Positions 39,744 through 49,354 of a DNA stretch of 64,000 nt are shown here, piece after piece. This DNA comes from Candidatus Obscuribacteraceae bacterium (GTDB taxonomy: Bacteria; Cyanobacteriota; Vampirovibrionia; Obscuribacterales; Obscuribacteraceae): contig JBGAHS010000004.1 of NCBI GenBank assembly GCA_044226015.1, positions 352,001 through 416,000 on the forward strand, given 5' to 3'. The first letter of the stretch is position 1. Every line of letters starts with the position of its first letter. The position numbers and the translations under genes were made by a program. The notes beneath the pieces are model-generated. The model had not been told where the DNA came from and searched no databases. It worked only from the letters and a program-made list of their open reading frames with translations.

Positions 39744-41699
39744 TTGACTAAGTTCCGAACCATTTTGCTCATTGGCGTTTTGGCCCTGATAGTGGCAGCT
39801 TGCAAGACTGCCACCGTAATTGATACCAAGAGCGTGAAATTGAATACGAGCACGTCAACTGATACTTCTGTCGAAGCCGAGTTAGTCCAAAAGGGGCAGC
39901 AAAATGTTTCGTGTTCGCAAGCACCTGGACCTTACGAGACCATTGAGAAGGACTCTGAGCAATGCAAACAAGGCCGTTTTCCGCCTGGAAGTCACGGCGG
40001 TAAGTTGGTAGTTGCCACCGTATCTGGTGAACCAAAAACTGTAAACCCCTGGGTGGCAGAAGATGCTTTGTCGCAAGAAATGAGCAATCTGATGTTTCGC
40101 GGGCTGGGTGATATCGATGAATTTACCGGTGAAATCATACCTGACTTAGCTGTTGAGATTAAAGAAGAGCCCGACCATCTCACCTATACTACTACGTTGC
40201 GCAAAGGGCTTCGTTGGTCTGATGGTGAGCCTATCAGCGCCGATGATGTCGCGTTCACTTGGAACACAATAGTAGCTCAAGGATTTGGCAATCCCAATAT
40301 ACGAGAGGCTGCTCTGGTTGATGGCAATTTGCCTGTTTGCACTGTCGAAGGTGAGTTAACAAATAAGTTCGTCTGTAGCAAACCGTCTTATCCTTTCAAG
40401 CGTGTTCTTGCCACAATTAGGATTGCTCCAAAGCACGTCATCGAGCCAGTTGTGAACTCCAGAGATTCGCGTGCCGACTTTCAAAAACTATGGGCGTTCG
40501 GGCAAGATCAAAGTCATATGGTGAGCAACGGACCGTTTTCGTTGGTTGATTTTGCCCCAGGCGAGCGCGTTGAATTCGCAAGAGCCAGTTCGTTTTACAT
40601 GATCGATAAAAACGGCAGTACACTGCCATATTTGGATCGTCTGGTTTATATCATTCAGCCCGAAGCCGGCTCTGTTGTTTTGAGTTTTGGTAAGAAGGAA
40701 GCTGACATCGCACAATTTAGACCTAAGGATAAATCTTGGATTGAATCTCAGCAGAAAGAGCAAAACTCTAAGGTATATGATCTAGGACCTGCCAGCGTTA
40801 CCACGTTTCTCGTGTTTAATATGAACCAGAGAACTGAAGCACACAAGAAGAAAAATCTTGTGGATTTGTCAAAGAAAGAATGGTTCAACGACCTGAACTT
40901 CAGGCAAGCGATAAATCATGTAATCGATAGAAAAGCTGTCATAGACAGTTTCTACAAAGGGGCTGCATCTCAAATTGTTAGCACCGAGCCTGCCTCATCT
41001 CCTTATTTCAACAAAGCACTTAAAGCAATTCCTGTAAATCTAAAAGAAGCCAGTGCACTGCTTTCCAAATCGGGGTTTGTACAGAAGGCTGATGCTTGCT
41101 ATGACAAAAATGGAAAAAAAGTTGAGTTCACCCTTTCCTATCTTAAAGCGAGTAAGTTCTACCAATCGATGGCTGAGCAGATCGTGAAAGATCTGAAAAC
41201 TCTGGGTATCACCGTCACTCTTGACCCCGTCGAGACAGCGGCTGCACAAGACCTATTGTTGGCCAGAAAAGCATGGGAAGCTCAGCTATGTATGTTCAGT
41301 GCAGACCCGTTAGAGCCGTCGTTAAGTTCAAATCTATACAAGTCTACTGGTCGCCTACACCTTTTCGACCAACGAGAAGCTGATTGGAAGGGCAATATCG
41401 TGGTTGATGATATTCGCCCGTGGGAAAAGCAAATCGATGACATTTACGATCAAGCCGCTTCAGAGTTTGACAAGGAAAAGCGCAAGGCATTGTTTTTTGA
41501 ATCGCAAAAGGTTATCTACGAGCAGGCGCCATTTATTTATTTGATTAGTCCAGATGTTGTCTTAGGTGCACGAAACACTGTTCGCAATTATTGTCCGACT
41601 CCTTTGGCGCAAGCATCATACGGCTTGCACAATGTAGAAGAGGTTTATATTGATTTGAGTCAACAGCCGCAAGAGAAGCCTGCGGAGAATAAGCAATGA
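39744..41699 (+). CDS. ABC transporter substrate-binding lipoprotein, family 5 (peptide/nickel)
   Basis: Lipobox IVAAC; PDLA, LRKGLRWSDGEPISADDVAFTW, GPF and FRQAI motifs. Confidence 0.92.
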   Translation: MTKFRTILLIGVLALIVAACKTATVIDTKSVKLNTSTSTDTSVEAELVQKGQQNVSCSQAPGPYETIEKDSEQCKQGRFPPGSHGGKLVVATVSGEPKTVNPWVAEDALSQEMSNLMFRGLGDIDEFTGEIIPDLAVEIKEEPDHLTYTTTLRKGLRWSDGEPISADDVAFTWNTIVAQGFGNPNIREAALVDGNLPVCTVEGELTNKFVCSKPSYPFKRVLATIRIAPKHVIEPVVNSRDSRADFQKLWAFGQDQSHMVSNGPFSLVDFAPGERVEFARASSFYMIDKNGSTLPYLDRLVYIIQPEAGSVVLSFGKKEADIAQFRPKDKSWIESQQKEQNSKVYDLGPASVTTFLVFNMNQRTEAHKKKNLVDLSKKEWFNDLNFRQAINHVIDRKAVIDSFYKGAASQIVSTEPASSPYFNKALKAIPVNLKEASALLSKSGFVQKADACYDKNGKKVEFTLSYLKASKFYQSMAEQIVKDLKTLGITVTLDPVETAAAQDLLLARKAWEAQLCMFSADPLEPSLSSNLYKSTGRLHLFDQREADWKGNIVVDDIRPWEKQIDDIYDQAASEFDKEKRKALFFESQKVIYEQAPFIYLISPDVVLGARNTVRNYCPTPLAQASYGLHNVEEVYIDLSQQPQEKPAENKQ

Positions 41700-41908
41700 A
41701 CAATGAAATGAACCTGGGATTTATTGTTCCTGCGGTCATCGCTGTTTGTGCCGCTGTTTGGACTGTGTTGATAGCTTTTCGGTGGAAAGGGGATAAGTTT
41801 CTCTGCGACACCTGTCGTTTTAACAACGAAGAGGATTGCAAGAAAACAGAACGTCCTCGGGCCGAAGTTTGTTATGCATATCGTGAAAAAACTGATATGT
41901 TGAAATGA
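41696..41908 (+). CDS. Small membrane-anchored four-Cys protein
   Basis: ATGA overlap with the upstream gene; TM segment then CDTC-x7-C-x10-C. Confidence 0.75.
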   Translation: MNNEMNLGFIVPAVIAVCAAVWTVLIAFRWKGDKFLCDTCRFNNEEDCKKTERPRAEVCYAYREKTDMLK

Positions 41909-41966
41909 AGCTGGCGGTAGCCAGCTTTTGGTGAACTTGAATAAAACACCCTCGCAACAACGAGGT

Positions 41967-43394
41967 TTAGTCGTCTTCTAATTCGTCTTTCGCTTTGATG
42001 CGTCCTGATTTAATAGCAGCCAACAAGAGTGCATGGTCTCGCTCAACCTGGTCCGCATAATTCAATGCAAAGTCTGTGACCGCAGCGTCAAAGCTTGCAT
42101 CTTCCAGTCCACCAAGATAACCACTGATGGTGGCGGCATCACCTGATCTTGCATGTGCTCTTGCAAGAACATAACCCATCACCTCTGCGATTTCGATAGT
42201 CTGTGGACCTTCCCAGAGTTCGGGATCGGGCTTCACTTTTGTATCGCGCAATTGTCTAATATAGAAGTGTTTGCCGTTGTCGAACTTTGTCCAACCTAAG
42301 AAAATGTCGCTGGCTGATTGAATAATTCTCTGCCCTTCTACGACTCGCTGACCTCTGTTTTCAAAACTGCTCTTACCTACGTAAGGCTGCAAGACTGATT
42401 CTCTTGCTTCTTTGATTTGCAGGAGGAGTGGCTCATTGTCTGGTGCGAGCATGAGTGCTACTGCGCAGAGCGTTCCTACGCTACCAATGCCAACAACTTT
42501 AATCGCTACGTCTTCGAGTCTGTATCGGTTAATCAGTCTTCTCTTATCTTCCTGAAGAGATTCCTTGTACAGATCGAACGCTTTCTCAATTTGCCCAGCG
42601 AAAATTTTTCCGTCTGCACCCTGCATGTGATACATGGTTGGTGGTGTGTCTTTGAAAACAAATCCACCGCCCGAGCGCTCTGCAAATTTTGGAAAGTAGT
42701 AATCCTGAATTGTGCGCTTTAGTTCCTTCTTCAGTCGGGCTTGTCGTTTTTTCTGCAAATCTTCATCTGAAGTTCTTTCTATGACGCTTTGCCAATCAAC
42801 TCTTTCATACCAAATATCGAGAATGCTCATTCGAGAGAATTGAGTGATCTTCTGTCGATAGGCACGAACAACTGCTTCTGCAGCCATTGCTTCGTATTTT
42901 GGTTTCAACCCGTTTTCTCTTGCAGACAGAACGAAACTTACGGCTAGCCGCTTCACGTCCCATTCCCATGGTGCAGGAAGCGTTTCATCAAAGTCGTTAA
43001 TGTCAAACATGATGTTTCGTTCTGGCGTCGCGAAGGCGCCAAAGTTCAGAAGGTGACAGTCTCCGCATGCTTGAACTGGAATGCTTGTGTTTGCAAATGA
43101 GCCGAGGTCCATTGCCATCAGTGCTGCAGCACCCCGATAAAAAGTGAAGGCAGACTGCATCATTCGTCCATAGCGCAGGGGAATTAGTTCCTCAAGCCTG
43201 CCTTCATTTGAAGCTTCTAGCACTGCTATTGGGTCTGGTCGATTGACCGGAACTCGCCAGCCAGCGTGTCCGCTGTGCGGCTTGGCGACCGCAATAGCCT
43301 TTCCTCGGGCGCGCCTGTCATCTCGTGGCGAGAGTGTGGCGTCATGGAGAAGTGCTTCTTCGTCCGTAAACTTGTGAGACTTATCGCTACTCAC
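41967..43394 (-). CDS. DUF2252 family protein
   Basis: RYGRM, FYRGAA, CGDCHLLNFG, FDINDFDE, PWEWDVKRL, KVVGIGSVG and LARAHARSGD motifs. Start set at GTG 43394. Confidence 0.92.
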   Translation of the reverse strand: MSSDKSHKFTDEEALLHDATLSPRDDRRARGKAIAVAKPHSGHAGWRVPVNRPDPIAVLEASNEGRLEELIPLRYGRMMQSAFTFYRGAAALMAMDLGSFANTSIPVQACGDCHLLNFGAFATPERNIMFDINDFDETLPAPWEWDVKRLAVSFVLSARENGLKPKYEAMAAEAVVRAYRQKITQFSRMSILDIWYERVDWQSVIERTSDEDLQKKRQARLKKELKRTIQDYYFPKFAERSGGGFVFKDTPPTMYHMQGADGKIFAGQIEKAFDLYKESLQEDKRRLINRYRLEDVAIKVVGIGSVGTLCAVALMLAPDNEPLLLQIKEARESVLQPYVGKSSFENRGQRVVEGQRIIQSASDIFLGWTKFDNGKHFYIRQLRDTKVKPDPELWEGPQTIEIAEVMGYVLARAHARSGDAATISGYLGGLEDASFDAAVTDFALNYADQVERDHALLLAAIKSGRIKAKDELEDD

Positions 43395-43639
43395 AGATTG
43401 TTCCTCTCTTCGTCGACTCCTACTAAGCTTATTCCAATTGCGGCAGCAAAAACAACGCTTGAGGAGTGTTCTGCAAACCCTTGAAATGTGCATTTTTAAT
43501 TTTGAGCTTTTAAGTCGGCTTTGAAACTGTCCTCCTACAAAGCTGCGGGCGGTTAAGTCCAAATGGAAGTCAAACTTTGTCAGAGCTAATAACAACTCTG
43601 TTAGTAACTTTTACTAGTGCCTTGTACCACCGCTGGAAA

Positions 43640-43828
43640 CTCTTGCAGGCTGCTTGCGTAACTCTTGCTGGATGGATACGAAGCTCTAGCAAGGTGGTTA
43701 GGTAACTCTTGATGGCTGAATGCTCTTGCAGGCTGGTTGCGTAACTCTTGCTGGTTGGATACGAAGCTCTTGCAAGCTGGTTACCGTTACTCTTGCTGGC
43801 CGGTTACGCTTGGATGTACTTTTGCTGG
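43640..43828. repeat. Array of 9 CTCTTGC(A/T)GG-like motifs with mostly 22-bp spacing
   Basis: Starts at 43640, 43662, 43684, 43706, 43723, 43745, 43767, 43790 and 43819; higher-order 83-bp duplication. Confidence 0.9.
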
Positions 43829-43866
43829 ATGCGGTTAGTGTCTTCTCCGGCGCTTAGCTGATCACA

Positions 43867-43947
43867 TTGAGTTCTCAGGAAAATTTAAATCGGTACCGTT
43901 TGAGTTCTCAGGAAAATCTATGCCGGTTGGGTTTTCAGGAAAATCTA
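43867..43947. repeat. Three direct repeats TTG(A/G)GTT(C/T)TCAGGAAAAT(C/T)TA
   Basis: Starts at 43867, 43900 and 43927. Confidence 0.9.
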
Positions 43948-44009
43948 CTTCGGGTAGGTTTTGTTTGAAACCTTATATATAGATGGTATCGCAGATGATG
44001 GCACGTTTA

Positions 44010-44180
44010 AAATGAAGCAAGCCTCCCTGCCGGTTCACCCACCGGACCCAAAGAGGCTTGATCCTATTACTTTGTGTTATCACCTAGATCGATAACGAAA
44101 GTTGACTGCCGCAGTTTGTTGAGATTTTCCGGGGAACACTTAGTGGGGTCCCCGCGTTCAGCGGTGTCATCAACCTCGTA
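44010..44180 (-). ncRNA. Candidate structured RNA, family unknown
   Basis: Three consecutive hairpins downstream of an extended -10-like TGcTATATT (44186-44194). Confidence 0.5.
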
Positions 44181-44340
44181 ATTTCAATATAGCAGCTTGT
44201 CAAGAATCCGTAAAGTGGTTTGGAGAAATTTCTTGAAAGCCTCATGAATGCCGGATTTGGTATATGCGAGGCATATCCGCATCGCTGAAAATTTTCTGGT
44301 CTCTGTCTGAAACGTAAGCGTCAAAAAAGTCGCTTGTTTA

Positions 44341-47300
44341 TCAAGCTTGCTTTCCTTCCTTATCTAATAAGGCAAGGAATAGTTTTACTATGCGGGGATC
44401 CCATTCTTTGCCAGCACCTTGCTGCAAAATCTGTACCGCCTGACTGGTGGGTAGCGCTGCCCTGTATGGGCGGTCGCTCGTCATTGCAACAAAGGCATCA
44501 ACGACCGAAATAATCCTTGATTCAAGAGGAATGTCATCGCCCTTTAATCCCCGTGGATAGCCCGAGCCGTCCCAGTGCTCATGGTAAGACTCGACTACGG
44601 TTGCCACTCTATGAAGGTGCTTGGCGGGTTCGAGAATTTTAGCCGCAGTAATTGGTGCTGTTTCGATCAATTTCCACTCGTCGGCAGTCAGTGGACCGCT
44701 CTTGCGCAGAACTTCTTCATCAACAATTACTTTACCAAGATTGTTCAAAACGGCAGCAAGTGAAATTACTGTAGTATGGTCTTTCGATAGGCGCAAAGCC
44801 TGTGCTATGCGGCTTGCATATTCTGCTGCTCTTGGTGAACGGTCGTCGTTGTAGCCATCTTTCGAGGAGACAGCTTTGATAACGTTGCCGAGCATACCCA
44901 GAATTCCGTGTTCTGCAATCATATGCAAATCGGTGATGGCCGACTCAATGCGTTGGGCGACTCCTGCGCCGTTCGGCTTCATTGATGGCATGGTTGGTGG
45001 CTGCGGTACTGCAGGTGGTGCAGGCTTCGCTGCTTCTTTCTTTGGTTCGTCGGTCGTGCCAGTGGCTCCGGCTCTCTTCGAATTGAAGACCTGATTTCTG
45101 CCATTGCCTTTGGCGAGGAAAAGGTATTTGTCAGCGAGTTCAAGTAAGCGCACTTTATCTTGAGCATCTGAAGGGAATGTCGCGACGCCAACTGATGCTG
45201 TGATTTTTCCCATACCAAGTCTGGCCGCTGTCGCGTGATTGATTTTTCCTTCTTCCAGTTTTGCTTGAATCTTCTCCTGGCAATCTGGTGATTTGAATTT
45301 CTCGATCGTGCTTTCTCTGATGCTCTGGCAGATTCGTTCTGCTACCACAAGCGCAGCATTCGAGTCGGTTTCTGGCAATAGAACAACAAACTCTTCACCG
45401 CCAAATCTACCCACAGTGTCAACGTCACGAACACACTTTTTGACAATGGCTGATGTATGTTTTAACGCCACGTCACCATTGAGGTGGTCGAGAGTATCAT
45501 TGACGCTCTTGAAGTGGTCGAGGTCGAGAATGATGAATGAGCAGGCGTGACCGAAGCGCTGGTGACGATCTAATTCCTTATTGAGCTGTTCTTCGAAGTA
45601 GCGCCTGTTGTAGAGTCCGGTAAGTGCGTCAGTGATAGCCTGGCGTTCTACCTTCTCGAAGAGTTCTTTGTGTTCGACTACTACCGCGACGCGATTTAGA
45701 AGGTCTTGAATCATACGCATATCAGGCAGTGATGGAGGTTTCTGCATGGATGACACCATGCATAGAGCACCTTTCAGGCTGCTTCCTTGTCTTAAAGGAA
45801 ACAGCATCGTGAGCTGCATTGACTCAGGGATTTCAACTTCGAGATCACCCATATTGTTTTTCAAGTCAGCCGCACTCAACATCAATGCTGGCATTGGCTG
45901 CGAGAGTAGATCTGGATGGCTCAATGCATCGTACTGTGCGGTGAAGAGATTACTCGCCATGTGTTGCAAGACAAGCGAATTCTCTTCGGTCGATAAGGTA
46001 CCTGCACATTGTGCTTCTGTGAACTTTTCTTCCAGTGAGTCCCACATTGCCACTGCCGCTAAACCTAACTCAAAATGCCGAGCCAGTTCGGAAACCAGGG
46101 TCTGCAAAATTGGATTTACTTCCTTCAATGACTGTTGAATCTGCTCAGATACAGTATTGATTAGAGTTTCTCTGCCCCATTGCTGACGAATTTGAGCGTT
46201 AGCTTGTTCAGCTCTGATAATTGAGGCAAGGTTACCCGCTACTGTTAGTGCAAGTTCTCTGTCCTGCGGGCGCAGCATTGGGCTGCCTTGTTTTCTTCGC
46301 CAGAGACCCATTACACCGAGCTTTTCGCCTTCCGATATAAGAGGAATGATCATGGCGGTGTCATGTCCAAAAAATGGATCGCCGCGCTTGCTGTATTCTA
46401 TATTTACTGTTTTCAGTTTTCCATTTTCAAAAACCTGTAAAAATGGATTTTGTTTATGAGCAAATGGAATATTTTCAGAATGCTCTTTCTCGGAAATTTG
46501 AGGAACAAGCATGTATTCCTCTTCGTTGAACAGATAGACCTGCGCAGAAGTGAAGTTGGTGTGGTCCGCGAATAACTTGATCGCTTCTTCAATTGTTTTC
46601 TGGGCGCGTTGACCCGCAGACTCTCGGAAAATCGTAGCGATTTCGTTAACGATTTTCATTTCGTTAGCGTCTTGTTCGATTCGCATCAAGTCGAAAGACT
46701 GCTGTACAACAAGAGACAGTACTTCAGAGACGCTTTGTAGAACTGCACCGTCCTGGTCTGTCCACTCTCTAGGTGTACCGCTTTGCTGTAACTCAATAAA
46801 ACCATGGAAGATACCACGGCTTCTAACCTGTGCTACCAGGCGTGCCCTTGCGTCTCCAAGTTCAATGAGTGCCGCTAGAGTAGGAGACATTCTTCTCAAC
46901 TTTTGATCTTGCAGCGTGTCTGGAATTCCGATAACACCAGCACCAGTTTCGTCAGGGAAGCGGGAGAGGAACTCAGAGACTATGGCGGTTGTCTCTTGTG
47001 CTCCGAGATTTGCGCCTTTGAAGCAATAGTGTCCATTCTGTGCAAACTCGTTTGTGACAACGAGTTGGTCGTCCACCACTTGCCAGATTAAACCGCGGTC
47101 TGAGCGACTGACTTTCGTCATTTCCTCAACTGCTAAATCCAAAATTGCTGGCAGGTCGCTGGAAATGCGCAGCTGTCCGATAATGTCTTTGATGATTTTT
47201 TGAGCATCAGGTGCAAAAACCGAACGCACTTCTTGCGTGATATTTGTCCATGCTTCGCGCAGCGATTGAATGTTTCGGTTGCTCTTTCTATCGGGTGGTG

Positions 47301-48483
47301 CAATTCCCGCGAGCTTCGCATCCATTGGGTCGGGACCCGCTGGAGGCTGTAAGGCACCGCTGGCGGTGATACTCTCGAAATTGAATTCTTCTTCAAGGAG
47401 GCTGGGGTCGCCGAAAACGTTTCCGCCCATGTCGGGATCATCTTCTGCCGCAATGGGTCCAGCCCCGGGCTTTCCATGATTGCCACCATTACCATTTCCG
47501 CCATTTCCTGTTCCTTCGCTAGTTGGTCCTGGTTTGCTGATAACAGTCTTGGAACTTGGTCCAACCAGGTCGTCGATGGCGCTGGAGTCTAGAAGTGATG
47601 ATGCCCCACGCTTAGGCACTTCGCCCGTGGGTGGATGTGTGCTTCGACCTGTCGGTCGAGGCTTTGCTGGCGGCGGCACCTGCCGTGGAATGGGCGGACC
47701 CGGCGGTGGCGGCGGTACGTTCGTAGGTCTCATCATCGAGACTTCGCCTGTGTCACCAGGCCTGACTACATGTTGAGGGTGTCGCAAGGAAGCGGCATTG
47801 TTCGAACCGATTGCCGCGCTTGGAGTCATCAAAGGGTCGGTATTAGCACCTGGTCGAGGAACTGTTTCGATGGCTCCTTCACCCCGGAAAGGCATACCAG
47901 GCAAGGGGGGCGGCGTAGACCCCGGCACTGCTCGTTGTTTGACCACGGGCCAGTCATTGCGTATGCCAGAAACGAAATGCGGCGCTGTAACTGGGTTTCC
48001 GACGTGCGCTTTTGAGTCATCGAGCCGATTTGACTCAGGAAGGTCGATGTACTGCCAGAGCGAGGTCATCGCCTGGTAGGCGCGCTTAACAATGTGCGGG
48101 TCTATCGAACCAACGCACTGGAAAACTCTTTCGGAGCCGCTCTCGTCTGAGCAATGTCCATAAACTACCATCGAAATGCCCTGGCTATGAACCAGAAAGC
48201 AGAATTCGTCTTGCTTATCGTGATTGTTTTCGGAAAATATCGATACGCGAACAGCGTCGCGAGTTAAGGTTCGAAACTGGTTTGCCTCTGGTATCAACCA
48301 TTTTGCGTCTCTGGTTGACCAATAGACGATTACTGGTGACAGTCCATGGAAAATGACGCTTTCTTCAATTCTGCGGAAGAATGGCAGAAATTCTTGTGCC
48401 ACGAGACTGCTGAGCGGCAGTGCACCAGGACCTGCCTGCTGCACGAGCATCATGAATAGCTGTGTTCTCGCCTGCTCTACCAT
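44341..48483 (-). CDS. Multidomain diguanylate cyclase: DICT-like, Pro-rich linker, ~3 GAF, GGDEF and degenerate HD-GYP
   Basis: DALTGLYNRR, DLDHFK, RDVD I-site, GGEEF and HEHWDGSGYP motifs. Start set at ATG 48483. Confidence 0.9.
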   Translation of the reverse strand: MVEQARTQLFMMLVQQAGPGALPLSSLVAQEFLPFFRRIEESVIFHGLSPVIVYWSTRDAKWLIPEANQFRTLTRDAVRVSIFSENNHDKQDEFCFLVHSQGISMVVYGHCSDESGSERVFQCVGSIDPHIVKRAYQAMTSLWQYIDLPESNRLDDSKAHVGNPVTAPHFVSGIRNDWPVVKQRAVPGSTPPPLPGMPFRGEGAIETVPRPGANTDPLMTPSAAIGSNNAASLRHPQHVVRPGDTGEVSMMRPTNVPPPPPGPPIPRQVPPPAKPRPTGRSTHPPTGEVPKRGASSLLDSSAIDDLVGPSSKTVISKPGPTSEGTGNGGNGNGGNHGKPGAGPIAAEDDPDMGGNVFGDPSLLEEEFNFESITASGALQPPAGPDPMDAKLAGIAPPDRKSNRNIQSLREAWTNITQEVRSVFAPDAQKIIKDIIGQLRISSDLPAILDLAVEEMTKVSRSDRGLIWQVVDDQLVVTNEFAQNGHYCFKGANLGAQETTAIVSEFLSRFPDETGAGVIGIPDTLQDQKLRRMSPTLAALIELGDARARLVAQVRSRGIFHGFIELQQSGTPREWTDQDGAVLQSVSEVLSLVVQQSFDLMRIEQDANEMKIVNEIATIFRESAGQRAQKTIEEAIKLFADHTNFTSAQVYLFNEEEYMLVPQISEKEHSENIPFAHKQNPFLQVFENGKLKTVNIEYSKRGDPFFGHDTAMIIPLISEGEKLGVMGLWRRKQGSPMLRPQDRELALTVAGNLASIIRAEQANAQIRQQWGRETLINTVSEQIQQSLKEVNPILQTLVSELARHFELGLAAVAMWDSLEEKFTEAQCAGTLSTEENSLVLQHMASNLFTAQYDALSHPDLLSQPMPALMLSAADLKNNMGDLEVEIPESMQLTMLFPLRQGSSLKGALCMVSSMQKPPSLPDMRMIQDLLNRVAVVVEHKELFEKVERQAITDALTGLYNRRYFEEQLNKELDRHQRFGHACSFIILDLDHFKSVNDTLDHLNGDVALKHTSAIVKKCVRDVDTVGRFGGEEFVVLLPETDSNAALVVAERICQSIRESTIEKFKSPDCQEKIQAKLEEGKINHATAARLGMGKITASVGVATFPSDAQDKVRLLELADKYLFLAKGNGRNQVFNSKRAGATGTTDEPKKEAAKPAPPAVPQPPTMPSMKPNGAGVAQRIESAITDLHMIAEHGILGMLGNVIKAVSSKDGYNDDRSPRAAEYASRIAQALRLSKDHTTVISLAAVLNNLGKVIVDEEVLRKSGPLTADEWKLIETAPITAAKILEPAKHLHRVATVVESYHEHWDGSGYPRGLKGDDIPLESRIISVVDAFVAMTSDRPYRAALPTSQAVQILQQGAGKEWDPRIVKLFLALLDKEGKQA

Positions 48484-48682
48484 GGCATCCAATCGCCAAG
48501 TACACGCCAACTGCCAATTGGGTTAGGGATTGCCACTTTCCCCCCCACACCCCTCGTACCCTGGATTCTTTACAGCTAATCACAATCAAGCCTTCTAGCT
48601 GCGTAGAACTTAACAGAAGCTGTCGAGCGCTTGTGAACATGGCTTACCTGGTAGACAATATGAACAAAGCAGGTGAGAGATA

Positions 48683-49339
48683 ATGACTGAGACTACTTTG
48701 AGCCCTTCGGTATACCAGGAAAACCTTGAGTTCTGGCAAAATGCCTGGAATATGGTGAAAACGCCGTACACTCAAATGCCGCCCTTAACCTACATTCCGA
48801 GAATTCCGGCTGCAATTGAGTCGAAAAAGTCTGAGCCCGTTTTAGACCTTGGTTGTGGAAGTGGCTGGTTGAGTGTTTATTTGTGCCGCAATGGTTTTGA
48901 CGTTCACGGAGTCGATGTTGCTGAACATGCTCTTGAACTCGGACGTATGTGGGCTGAAGAAGAGAAGTTGCCGATAAAGTTTAAGTGCCAGGATATTTCG
49001 TGTTTGAATTATCCGTCTAGTTTCTTTGGAAGCGTAGTTGCTAATTCGATTTTCGAGCATCTGACTTATTCTCTTGCCGAAGAAACAGTTCACGCTCTGC
49101 ACAAAGTTCTTCAGCAAAATGGGCTGCTTGTTGCCTGCTTTGACTGGGTTGGAACTGGTGCCGGTGAATTTTATGAACTGGAAGACGGCACTCATGTTTA
49201 CACCGATAAAGGACGCCGCGGCATGATGTTGCGTTCATTCTCAGACGCTGAAATTCGCGAGTTATTTTCAGCATTCAAAATCCACGTGCTCGAGCCAGTT
49301 AGCGAACTCACGCGAATTCTAGTCGCAGAGAAAATATAA
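48683..49339 (+). CDS. Class I SAM-dependent methyltransferase
   Basis: VLDLGCGSG, GVDVA and FEHL motifs. Confidence 0.9.
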   Translation: MTETTLSPSVYQENLEFWQNAWNMVKTPYTQMPPLTYIPRIPAAIESKKSEPVLDLGCGSGWLSVYLCRNGFDVHGVDVAEHALELGRMWAEEEKLPIKFKCQDISCLNYPSSFFGSVVANSIFEHLTYSLAEETVHALHKVLQQNGLLVACFDWVGTGAGEFYELEDGTHVYTDKGRRGMMLRSFSDAEIRELFSAFKIHVLEPVSELTRILVAEKI

Positions 49340-49354
49340 GCTGGTTCTAGCATT

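Noticed and set aside
43640..43947. CRISPR array
   Set aside because: Repeats are 10-21 bp, spacers are short and similar to each other, and there are no cas genes.
44130..44170. ydaO/c-di-AMP riboswitch (CGCTGAA...CGGGGACCC)
   Set aside because: The downstream GGGGTGAATC and CCGTCAGCTAAC elements are absent.
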